The notes below the pieces were generated by a model that saw only the letters and a program-made list of their open reading frames with translations, searched no databases and had not been told where the DNA came from. Position numbers and translations under genes: made by a program. From a virus (Duplodnaviria; Caudoviricetes), in IMG/VR virus record IMGVR_UViG_3300011832_000025: a stretch of 64,000 nucleotides of DNA. One strand, written 5' to 3'. Of this stretch, positions 48,043 to 57,188 are shown piece by piece (the first letter of the stretch is position 1; each line of letters starts with the position of its first letter).

Positions 48043-48973
48043 ATGAAGGTTAATCAAGAGCGTGTTAATCAAGCTATTGAATTACGTCGTCAAGGAAAAA
48101 CGTTTGACGAAATAAAGTCTATAATGGGAGCAGATAAAGGGACTTTAAGGAAATGGTTTTCATCTGTAGTTTTTACTCCGGAAGAAACTCTCTTGATAAA
48201 TCAAAATATAGTGTCTCGACGTACAAATCGTTTAAACAAACCTTTGCCACCTGAAAATAAAAAAATAAAAGGCCTGGCTCCAACCGCAAAAAACTATACC
48301 AAATATCTGCAGGCTATTGAATTTCGAAAAAACGGTTGCGGATTAGACGATATAGCGAAGCGCTTGGGTGTTGCTAAGAGTTCGGTTTCACTTTGGGTGC
48401 GGCATATTCAATTAAATGAATATCAAAAAAGGTGTTTAATCGGTTGTGAGCCTGGAAAGATTTCACCTGCCCGGCAAAAAGCCGTTGAGGCGAACCGAAA
48501 AAAATATGCGGATCTGCGTAATACCGCGCGCCAACAAGGTTATGATGAGGCGTTGGGCGATCCAGTGCATGTTGCAGGGTGTATGTTGTATTGGGCTGAA
48601 GGTACTAAATCAATAAATAAGGTTGAATTTTCAAACACCGACGCATCTATGCAGAAAAAATTCAAAAAGTTTCTTGAACATCTCGGAGTTCCTTCTGAAA
48701 AAATAAAATTTTATACGCGTGTCCATAACACAGAAGAAAATGGAACCCACGAAGAATGCAAAAACTTTTGGGCGGAAAAACTAAATATATCCAAGAGTCA
48801 AATCAAAGTGTATGACGCAAAAGATGAAAGATGCTCGTGGAGATAGCAAGACCAAGTCACGCTACCCGTTTGGTGTCGGCCGTCTTGAGGTCCATGACTA
48901 CACAATCATTCAACGCATCTATGGTGGTATCGAGCGCTACATTGGTGAAGAAATTCCATATGGTCGGAAATAA
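48043..48973 (+). pseudogene. HTH plus LAGLIDADG-like homing endonuclease gene, frameshifted by a 7-nt duplication
   Basis: HTH (IAKRLGVAKSSVSLW), LYWAEG, FSNTD; AAAGATG x2 at 48820-48833; removing one copy restores frame to ...YPFGVGRLEV...GRK*. Confidence 0.7.
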
Positions 48974-48997
48974 AGTAAATGTTTTTAAATGTTCTAT

Positions 48998-49083
48998 GGT
49001 GAGCGTGGCGAAATTGGTAGACGTACCGGATTGTGATTCCGGTGCCGCAAGGCGTGAGGGTTCAAGTCCCTTCGTTCACCCCA
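48998..49083 (+). tRNA. tRNA with GTG (His) anticodon and G-1/C73 on a Leu-like class II body
   Basis: D region GGCGAAATTGGTAGACG, V-arm TGCCGCAAGGCGT, CCA. Confidence 0.85.
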
Positions 49084-49124
49084 TATTGTTTGAATTTGAA
49101 TGCGTCAGATGTGGTTGTGTTTTA

Positions 49125-49311
49125 CGGACGTTAGCTCAGTTGGTAGAGCATGTGTTGACGCGATGTATTGGCTTAAAAGATGTTGGCGCATGTTATGACG
49201 AAGTCGTGGCATAAGCCACAACATCGCAACATGCTCAATGCACGCATTGTCAACGCACATCGCGTTCTCTTAACCAGTAGGTCGAAGGTTCGAACCCTTC
49301 ACGTCCCACCA
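49125..49311 (+). tRNA. tRNA-Lys(CTT) interrupted by long-form hairpin element (about 49151-49263) in the 5' anticodon stem; may be non-functional
   Basis: GGACGT/ACGTCC, GCTCAGTTGGTAGAGC, CT-CTT-AA-CCAGT, T-arm, CCA. Confidence 0.7.
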
Positions 49312-49368
49312 AAAGTTTGACTTCCTTGGTGTTTGACCTAAAATAAGACAAACACCATAAGGATTTTT

Positions 49369-49971
49369 ATGACCGAAGATATTCTCAAAAACGTTAATGA
49401 CGCAAAAAGTAAAAAAGAAAAATTGCAGCGTGTTGCGGCACGGACAGGTTTGGGTGCAGCATGTGTTTGGCTGGCGGGGGCATTCATGTCGGTCTCAGCT
49501 GTAACGACAGTGGGGGTCGTGACATTGTGCGCGGCGCAACTGGCAAAAGAATTTTTCGAGCAGAAAGGCCGACGTGATGTGATGCTCAAGCAACGGAACA
49601 TTGCCCAACAATTCGGAACTCCCAACGATGTTGATACCATCAATCAAGCGTTGGACAGTGACGCAAAACAAAACGCGCTGGGCAACAAAATGGCAACCGC
49701 CACTGTATTGATTGCCAGCGCCATTGGCTTGTCTCCGTTTTTGGTTGCATCAAACCCCCCTTCAGGTGTTTTCGTCGGAACCATCATTGTTGGAGCGTTT
49801 GCCGGACTGCGCGCCGCACGCGCTATTGAGAAAAAAGAGCAATCCGACATTCGTTTTTATGGGGTTCAACCCATTGTTGCCGAAAATGTCGTGTCGTCCA
49901 TTTTAAAAGAGCGCGGCATACAAGAAGGTGGAAAAATCGATCTCAAACCATCGCGCATCAAAATGAAGTAA
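49369..49971 (+). CDS. hypothetical membrane protein (two pairs of hydrophobic helices)
   Basis: RBS aagga; architecture like 4558 and 20486; tail RIKMK. Confidence 0.7.
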   Translation: MTEDILKNVNDAKSKKEKLQRVAARTGLGAACVWLAGAFMSVSAVTTVGVVTLCAAQLAKEFFEQKGRRDVMLKQRNIAQQFGTPNDVDTINQALDSDAKQNALGNKMATATVLIASAIGLSPFLVASNPPSGVFVGTIIVGAFAGLRAARAIEKKEQSDIRFYGVQPIVAENVVSSILKERGIQEGGKIDLKPSRIKMK

Positions 49972-50097
49972 TCAGGCAACACATCAGATACAAAAAAAAA
50001 GGCCATTCGTTGAGTGGCTTTTTTGTGTGTGAAATTTAATATTTTAACCCCTTATGTTCTACCATTTTTTATGTGTCCAGTTGTGTTGTAAATATAC

Positions 50098-50175
50098 GCG
50101 TCAATAGCTCAATTCAGGCAGAGCAAAATTCTCCAAAAATTTAGGTTGGGGGTTCGAGTCCCTCTTGGCGCGCCA
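50098..50175 (+). tRNA. tRNA-Trp(CCA) with all-AU anticodon stem
   Basis: AAATT-CT-CCA-AA-AATTT, G73-CCA. Confidence 0.88.
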
Positions 50176-50204
50176 AGTCATTGTTTTTGTTATATTTTTT
50201 TAAT

Positions 50205-50275
50205 ACGTCGTTCGTCCAAGGGTAGGACCCCTGACTCCAAATCAGGTAATGAGAGTTCGAATCTTTCACGGCGTG
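50205..50275 (+). tRNA. tRNA-Trp(CCA) with Glu/Gln-type D-arm; no encoded CCA
   Basis: ACGTCGT/ACGGCGT, GTCC/GGAC D-stem, CCTGA-CT-CCA-AA-TCAGG. Confidence 0.85.
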
Positions 50276-50340
50276 AAATTTTTTAAGTGTTGATATTGTC
50301 CTTCAAAAATGCTATAAAATAGCAAAAATGGAGGCGCAGT

Positions 50341-51738
50341 ATGGATGCTTTTGAAAAAGCTTGTTTATTGGTGCGGCAAGGACATTCCATTATTCAATCT
50401 GCAAAAAAATGCGGCGTGAACGAAGGAACACTTCGTCGCTACATGAAGAAAAACGGTGTGGTATCAGAAGGCCAAAAAATTTTGAAGAAAAACGCGGAAC
50501 AAAAAACTCGAGTTATTGAACTGCGCAAATTGGGCTTATCTTATTCCCAAATTTCTGAAAAGACTAAGTTGTGCATAACGAGTGTTGCAAATTGGTGTTC
50601 GCATATTGTTCTTCAAGAAGAGCAAAAAAAGAAAAACGCACGGGCCCTCGTTGACAAGCAAAAGCAGGCAGTGAAGCTCCGCAAAGAGGGAATGTATATT
50701 ACAGAGATCGCCAAAAAATTGAATTGCTCCAAGGTATCCGTGCATTTGTGGTTGAAAAACCACATTAAGAAATATGGTGATAATCTTGGTTCTGCTTGCC
50801 AAAAAAGAAAAGATTTGAAAAGGGAACTTCAAATTTCCACATTGCACCCTCTAACCGATATTGTGGTCGAAAAACGTAAGATGGGAATGAGCTATTCTGA
50901 AATTTCCGTTGAACTAAAAATAAGTAGTAAACGTGCTCATGATATTATAAAGAAAGCCAATTTATCCGAAACAGAATTATTGGAAGCTAAACGCAATCTC
51001 AAAAAACGCCAACGGTATCTCCTGGACAATGGGTTAATTAAACCTCGTGGCGGCGACCGACTCAACTCCGGCTGGTCCAAGACCGGCTACTACAAGGGTA
51101 TTTATTGCGGCTCCACATATGAATTGTGCTGGGTCATCCATGCGATAGATCATGGTGTGCAATTCAAACGCTTTGAGGGTGTCTTGAAAAAAGATGGTGT
51201 AACCTATATTCCCGACTTTCTGCTCGATGATGGGATCACCATTATTGAACTCAAAGGATACGATGTGCGTGAGAATGTGAACAAAAAAACCAAACTGGCC
51301 GAAAGTCTCGGTTATAAAGTTAATGTGTTGCGCGAACAAGAGTTGCAACCCATATTTGATTATGTGAAGAAACACTACGGTGTGTCGTGGCAAAAATCAT
51401 ACACTCTGTTCGATGGGTTTAAACCAACCTATACATACGAGTGCACCACTTGCTGCAAAACGTTTTCCACGGAGAACAAGCGGCCCATGAAAAACGGCAC
51501 GGTGTTTTGTTCGGGCTCATGTTCGGCCACTCACCGCAATGCTCAAAATAAAACAAACTCCCAAAGTAAAGCGCCAACAACGCAATTCAAATCAAAGTTA
51601 TCGCAAGAGGGTATCGTTAAAGTTTTTTACGCTTCGGGTACATACGCTTCAATTGCCGAACAATACAATATCTCTCAATCCAGTGTGTGTTTCATCAAAA
51701 ACAAGAGAATCCACAAATCCATCACCGAACACCTTTAA
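50341..51738 (+). CDS. multi-HTH PD-(D/E)xK homing-type endonuclease
   Basis: Repeated HTHs (G.SY..IS), GYYKGIYCGSTYEL, YIPDFLL...IIELKG, Cys-rich zinc motif. Confidence 0.8.
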   Translation: MDAFEKACLLVRQGHSIIQSAKKCGVNEGTLRRYMKKNGVVSEGQKILKKNAEQKTRVIELRKLGLSYSQISEKTKLCITSVANWCSHIVLQEEQKKKNARALVDKQKQAVKLRKEGMYITEIAKKLNCSKVSVHLWLKNHIKKYGDNLGSACQKRKDLKRELQISTLHPLTDIVVEKRKMGMSYSEISVELKISSKRAHDIIKKANLSETELLEAKRNLKKRQRYLLDNGLIKPRGGDRLNSGWSKTGYYKGIYCGSTYELCWVIHAIDHGVQFKRFEGVLKKDGVTYIPDFLLDDGITIIELKGYDVRENVNKKTKLAESLGYKVNVLREQELQPIFDYVKKHYGVSWQKSYTLFDGFKPTYTYECTTCCKTFSTENKRPMKNGTVFCSGSCSATHRNAQNKTNSQSKAPTTQFKSKLSQEGIVKVFYASGTYASIAEQYNISQSSVCFIKNKRIHKSITEHL

Positions 51739-51845
51739 TCCCCGCCCACCGTTTGGTGGGCGGCTTTCCGCTGTCTTTTTTTTTAAACCCACCCAATCAA
51801 TGAAAAATGTGCTACCCTTCTTTTTTGGAGTAATAAGGTGCTGCT

Positions 51846-52424
51846 GTGTGCATTGAAGAAAACACCAATTTGCTAATTGAGGCGGCCCGAAAGGGTGACA
51901 CCCCAGAGGTGCAACGTCTTATTCCCTTATCCGATCCAACATGTAATGACAGTCAAGCTTTGGTTTGCGTTGCATCAGGAGGGCACACCCAATGCGTGAG
52001 ACTGCTGATCCCAGTCTCTGTTCTCAAAAGTCCTGCTTTGAATCTGGCCGCTGGAAAGGGGTACACCCAATGCGTAAAGTTGTTACTCCCCGCATATGAT
52101 CTCAAAGCTAAAAGTAGCGCTCTGTTTTGGGCCACAGCCAACGGACACACGGATTGCGTCAAACTGTTGATCCTGGCATCAGACCCCAAGGTTGACAACA
52201 GTTTTGCATTACAAAAAGCTGTTGCAAACGCTCATCAATCCTGCATTGATCTGTTGTATTCCGTCAGTGATCCACACGCAGCACTGCATCAACTGCAACA
52301 GGATTACCCCGATGATGTGAGTATATGGGGTGAATTGGAACAGCGGATTGCCCACGAACAAAACCAAAAGTTGGTCGGCGAAATTGGTGAGACTGTGCGC
52401 GCAAAAATCGACCGCAAAATGTGA
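51846..52424 (+). CDS. ankyrin-repeat protein (array member 1)
   Basis: AL..AA..GHT.CV.LLIP repeats; tail DRKM. Confidence 0.85.
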   Translation: MCIEENTNLLIEAARKGDTPEVQRLIPLSDPTCNDSQALVCVASGGHTQCVRLLIPVSVLKSPALNLAAGKGYTQCVKLLLPAYDLKAKSSALFWATANGHTDCVKLLILASDPKVDNSFALQKAVANAHQSCIDLLYSVSDPHAALHQLQQDYPDDVSIWGELEQRIAHEQNQKLVGEIGETVRAKIDRKM

Positions 52425-52459
52425 TACACTGATCCATTATCAATTGGAATTTTCGTTCA

Positions 52460-53050
52460 ATGTCCATTAAAAAAAACACAAAATTGCTAATTGAAGCAGC
52501 TCAGGCGGGTAACACCACAGAAGTGCAACGTCTTATTTCGATCTCCGACCCCCAATTTGAAGACAGTAAAGCGTTAATTTGTGCCGCCGCCGCCGGCCAC
52601 GCAGAATGCGTAAAGCTATTGATTCCCGTTTCTGATCCGAACTCCAGAAACAGTGAAGCGTTAATTTTTGCTGCCGCCGCAGGCCATACAGAATGTGTCA
52701 AATTGTTAATTCCTGTCTCAAATCCAAAAGCCAACGGCAGTCAAGCTTTACGCGCTGCTGCGGGATATGGGCATACGGAAGAATGCGTCAAACTTCTTAT
52801 TCCCGTCTGCGATCCAAAAAGCCACAACAGTTTTGCGTTGCAACGATCTTACCACAATAATAATACAACCTGCATTGATCTGTTATACCCTGTGAGTGAT
52901 CCACACGCAGCACTGTATCAACTGCAACAGGATTATCCCGATAATGAAAATGTATGGGGTGAATTGGAACGCCGCATTGCGCACGAACAAAACCAAAAGT
53001 TAAGCGTAGAGATTGATTGTGGCCGTCCAAAAATCGACCGCAAAATGTGA
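52460..53050 (+). CDS. ankyrin-repeat protein (array member 2)
   Basis: Same repeats; tail DRKM. Confidence 0.88.
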   Translation: MSIKKNTKLLIEAAQAGNTTEVQRLISISDPQFEDSKALICAAAAGHAECVKLLIPVSDPNSRNSEALIFAAAAGHTECVKLLIPVSNPKANGSQALRAAAGYGHTEECVKLLIPVCDPKSHNSFALQRSYHNNNTTCIDLLYPVSDPHAALYQLQQDYPDNENVWGELERRIAHEQNQKLSVEIDCGRPKIDRKM

Positions 53051-53083
53051 TACACTGATTCACCATCAATTGAAATTTTCGTT

Positions 53084-53936
53084 ATGTCCATTGAACAAAA
53101 TGCACAATGGTTAATGTACGCGGCGCGGGTGGGAGATGCCGACGAAGTTCAGCGTCTCAATTCCCTTGTGTAATCCCAAATCCGAAGCCAGTTATGCACT
53201 GCGAACGGCTTCCAACAATGGGCACACAGAATGCGTCAAGCTGCTCATCCCAGTATCGGATCCTCACGCCGACAAAAGTGGGGCTTTGCGCTGGGCGGTG
53301 GGCAATAACCATATTGAATGTCTCACATTGTTAATTCCCGTGTCAGACCCCAAAGCCGACGAAAGTTTTGCGTTACGTATTGCCGCTCAAAAAGGTCAGA
53401 CAGAGTGTGTCAGATTATTGATTCCCGTCTCCAATCCGAAGGCCATGAACAGCGAGGAATTGCGTGAGGCGGCTAAAAATGGTCATACAGAATGTGTCAA
53501 ACTCTTAATTCCCGTCTCCGACGTGAAAGACAAAGACAGCGCAGCTCTTTGTGAGGCCGCTAAGAACGGTCATACAGAATGTGTCAAACTCTTAATTCCT
53601 GTGTCGGATCCCACATCCGACAACAGCGCAGCACTGTTTTGGGCGACCGCAAAACGTCAGACAGAGTGTGTGAAATTGTTGCTTCCCATCTCAGATCCGA
53701 AGGCAATGGACAGCGCAGCACTGCGTGTGGCGGTATACAAAGGCTATAAAGATTGTATTAAATTGTTGTATCCACTAAGTGATCTACACGCAGCGCTGTA
53801 TGTCTTGCAATACCAAAATCCTGGTAATGTCAAAATGTGGGGGTGGTTGGAACAACAAATTGCGCACGAGCAAAATCAAATATTGGGCAAAGAGATTGTT
53901 ACGGCAGAAAAGAGCAATGTCTCACGCAAAATATGA
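53084..53936 (+). pseudogene. ankyrin-repeat gene (member 3) with +1 frameshift near 53160
   Basis: MSIEQNAQWLMYAARVGDADEVQRL, then an extra A (ctc-a-att-ccc) before IPLCNPK in another frame; tail SRKI. Confidence 0.8.
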
Positions 53937-53975
53937 TACAATGGTGGAATGCATCGCCATCAAATCTTAATGTTC

Positions 53976-54827
53976 ATGTCCATCTCAAAAAACGACCAAT
54001 TGCTAATTGAAGCGGCCAAACTGGGCAACGTGTCGCAAGTGAGGCAGCTCATTCCATTATCCAATCCACAAGCCAAAGACAGTGAAGCGTTGAGGGTGGC
54101 GGCAAAAAACGGCCACACAGAATGTGTGGAATTGTTGATCCCGGTTTCTAACCCACATATTAAAGACAATGAAGCCTTACGTTGGGCGGCCAAATATGGG
54201 TACACAGAATGCGTACGTTTGCTTATTCCTGTATCGGATCCAAAACATAATAACAGTTCCGCGTTAATTGCGGCGGCGAGTTATGGCCACACTCAATGTG
54301 TGGAATTGTTGATCCCTATATCCGACGCAAAAGAACAAGACAGTGCAGCTTTGCGCTGCGCTGCTTACAATGGTCATACCGACTGCGTCAAGTTGCTCAT
54401 CCCCGTATCGGACCCTTATGCTGATTGCAGTGCAGCTTTGCGTTCCGCTGCATCCAAGGGGCACGCCAACTGTGTTCAATTGCTCATCCCCGTATCGGAC
54501 CCTTATACTGATGGCAGTGCAGCTTTGCGTTACGCTGCTTACAATGGTCAGACAGAATGCGTAAAGTTGTTGATCCCTGTTTCCGACCCGAAAGATTACA
54601 ATAGCTGCGCTCTGCAGTTTGCGGTGATATACAATTATTTTTCCTGCATTGATCTGTTGTATCCGATGAGTGATCCCCACGATGCACTTCATGAACTGCA
54701 ACACGATTACCCCGATGATGTGAGTATATGGGGTGAATTGGAACGCCGCATTTTCCAAGATCAACGCGACAAGTTAAACGATCGGGTCGGTGAAGTTGCA
54801 CGCGCAAAAAATGTTCGCAAAATGTAA
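53976..54827 (+). CDS. ankyrin-repeat protein (member 4)
   Basis: About 7 repeats; tail VRKM. Confidence 0.88.
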   Translation: MSISKNDQLLIEAAKLGNVSQVRQLIPLSNPQAKDSEALRVAAKNGHTECVELLIPVSNPHIKDNEALRWAAKYGYTECVRLLIPVSDPKHNNSSALIAAASYGHTQCVELLIPISDAKEQDSAALRCAAYNGHTDCVKLLIPVSDPYADCSAALRSAASKGHANCVQLLIPVSDPYTDGSAALRYAAYNGQTECVKLLIPVSDPKDYNSCALQFAVIYNYFSCIDLLYPMSDPHDALHELQHDYPDDVSIWGELERRIFQDQRDKLNDRVGEVARAKNVRKM

Positions 54828-54909
54828 CGTCATTTTCCTGAACCAATCGCTTTATGCTTGCCCCAACTATACCAGACTTGGTTGACCGACCTTTGGCTTG
54901 CAAGCTACA

Positions 54910-55899
54910 ATGGCTTCTCCTGTCCAACCCCCTTTTCCTGTGGCCGATGAATACATCGAACCCCTGAGCGACCGTATAGAGATGGCGCTGGTGGACACAA
55001 TCGCCTGGTTGTGGAGAACGGCAGCTTGGGCGGTGATTGCTCTGGGTATCATTCCCTTTCCACCATTTCAGTGGTGGGCGCTGTACACCGCCGTCAGCCA
55101 CGGGCGCACCCGCACGGTCAAGCTCCTGGGGCGGCGTTGGGTGTTTGCGTGGATGCCTGCATCGGTGAACGCGACAATTATGTTGAGGGCGGGGTACCGC
55201 GCCAGCAAATCCCACAGCACAATTGCCAACAAACAGATTTTCACATGGCTGCTCACCCATGGCGGGGTCATCAGTCAAAAAAGTTTTGATCAAGGGTGGT
55301 TGTACACGTACTTTAGTTTCAGCTCGTTTGCCTGCTTGGAAAATTGGGCGGAACGGGCCATTGAACACAACGCAATTGCCGACGACACAAAATACGATTT
55401 GCTCTTGAATTGCATTGAACACAGTTATTATGGCAACCCATACATTGACCACAACCCCAGATACATGGCTTTGTGCATGTCAATGCTTGAAAAGTGGGGG
55501 GCGTTTTTTCACACAGTGCAAGAAGATGAAGAATTGCGTGTCAACTTGTGGAATGCCGTGGTCAAAGGTGGAAGCCCAGAAACAATGAACACATTGTTGC
55601 GTCATACGTCTGCGTCTCATGTTTTAAATATCATGGAGCGTGTTGGAAACTCTAAAAAATGCACAGTGGAAACGCTTAACGCCGTGGCCACCCATATGGA
55701 TGTGCATGACATGCTCCACCAATTGCACAAAAATGCCAGCACTCAATTTTACCGCAATCCACCCGATTTTGAAACATGGCTATCCAACAATTTTCGTTTG
55801 AGTGAAGCGTATAGTGCGTATTGCAACCAACAGCAAAACGCACGCTTGCGCCAGCATATTGAAGAGTTCAAACCACCCGCTTCCAAACGCAAAATGTGA
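54910..55899 (+). CDS. hypothetical protein inside the ankyrin array, tail KRKM
   Basis: Long ORF with N-terminal hydrophobic segment. Confidence 0.7.
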   Translation: MASPVQPPFPVADEYIEPLSDRIEMALVDTIAWLWRTAAWAVIALGIIPFPPFQWWALYTAVSHGRTRTVKLLGRRWVFAWMPASVNATIMLRAGYRASKSHSTIANKQIFTWLLTHGGVISQKSFDQGWLYTYFSFSSFACLENWAERAIEHNAIADDTKYDLLLNCIEHSYYGNPYIDHNPRYMALCMSMLEKWGAFFHTVQEDEELRVNLWNAVVKGGSPETMNTLLRHTSASHVLNIMERVGNSKKCTVETLNAVATHMDVHDMLHQLHKNASTQFYRNPPDFETWLSNNFRLSEAYSAYCNQQQNARLRQHIEEFKPPASKRKM

Positions 55900-55936
55900 T
55901 ACAATGGTCAAATCCATTGTGATTAAGAGTTTCCTT

Positions 55937-56614
55937 ATGTCCTTTGAAGAAAACAGGGTATTGTTAATTAAAGCGATCCAAAACGGAAACGTACAAGAAG
56001 TGATCCGCTTAATTCCTTTCTCAGACCCAAAATTCAACGGAAGTGAAGCCTTGAGTGTTGCTGCCGAATGTGGCCAGGTAGAATGTGTCAAGTGTTTAAT
56101 TCCGGTTTCTGATCCGAAAGCCAATAATAGCAGCGCACTCCAGTGCGCGGCAACGCAGGGCTATGCAGAATGCGTCAAACTCCTTATTCCCCTCTCCGAT
56201 GCGAAAGGAGAGGGCAGCCTGGCACTGCGTTATGCCACCCTAAATGGTCACGCAGAATGTGTCAGGTTGTTAATCCCTGTCTCTGATCCGGGTGTCCATA
56301 ACAGCATTATGTTGCAACAGGCGGCAAATGGTGGTCATACAGAATGCGTAAAGTTGTTAATCCCTGTTTCTGATCCAAAAGCCAACAACAGTGCTGCTTT
56401 ACGAGCTGCTGTTTGGCGTAATCACACAACTTGCATTGATCTGTTGTACCCTGTCAGTGACCCACATGCTGCTCTTCATCAATTGCAACTGAACCATCCT
56501 GGTAATGTCAATGTGTGGGGGAACTTTGAACAACGGATTGCACAAGAGCAAAATAAAAAATTAAACAACGAAATTCGTCAACCAGAAAATCCCACGATTG
56601 TTCGCAAAATGTGA
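55937..56614 (+). CDS. ankyrin-repeat protein (member 5)
   Basis: Same repeats; tail VRKM. Confidence 0.88.
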   Translation: MSFEENRVLLIKAIQNGNVQEVIRLIPFSDPKFNGSEALSVAAECGQVECVKCLIPVSDPKANNSSALQCAATQGYAECVKLLIPLSDAKGEGSLALRYATLNGHAECVRLLIPVSDPGVHNSIMLQQAANGGHTECVKLLIPVSDPKANNSAALRAAVWRNHTTCIDLLYPVSDPHAALHQLQLNHPGNVNVWGNFEQRIAQEQNKKLNNEIRQPENPTIVRKM

Positions 56615-56647
56615 TACCCTGGTGTACACTTTATTAAAATTTTTCTC

Positions 56648-57152
56648 ATGTCTATTGAAGAAAACACAAAATTGTTAATTGAAGCGGCTGAAAAAGGTGA
56701 CGCGGCAGCCGTTCAACGTCTCATTCCAATCTCTAATCCCAAAGCAAAGAACAGTAAAGCTCTGGTTTCATCCGTGTCCCAGGGGCACACCGAGTGCGTA
56801 AAGTTGTTAATCCCCGTCTCCAATCCCAAAAGCAGCCGGCAGCCAAGCGTTGTCTTACGCCGCTCAACAGGGCCACATTAAATGCGTAAAATTGTTAACT
56901 CCTGTGTCTAATCCCAAAGCCCATAAAAGTGCTGCTCTGTGCCGCGCAATTCAATCGGGTCACACACAAGTTGCTGAACTGTTGTATCCCGTCAGTGATC
57001 TCCACGCAGCCCTTCATCAATTGCAACGCGATTACCCCACCCGAAGAGAAATCTGGGAAGGGTTGGAACTGCGCATTGCCCAAGAGCAAAAGCAAAAATT
57101 GAACAAAGAGATTGGCACAAGGCAAACCCCCACGGGTGTACGCAAAATATGA
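56648..57152 (+). pseudogene. ankyrin-repeat gene (member 6) with +1 frameshift in A-run at 56828-56831
   Basis: NPK, then an extra A, then AAGSQALSYAAQQGH in the next frame; tail VRKI. Confidence 0.8.
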
Positions 57153-57188
57153 TACAATCGGAGAATACATTATAATCAAAATCCCATC

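Noticed and set aside
47454-49263. Group I/II or archaeal BHB introns as the identity of the tRNA inserts
   Set aside because: Too short for catalytic intron cores, and I could not draw a convincing bulge-helix-bulge at the junctions
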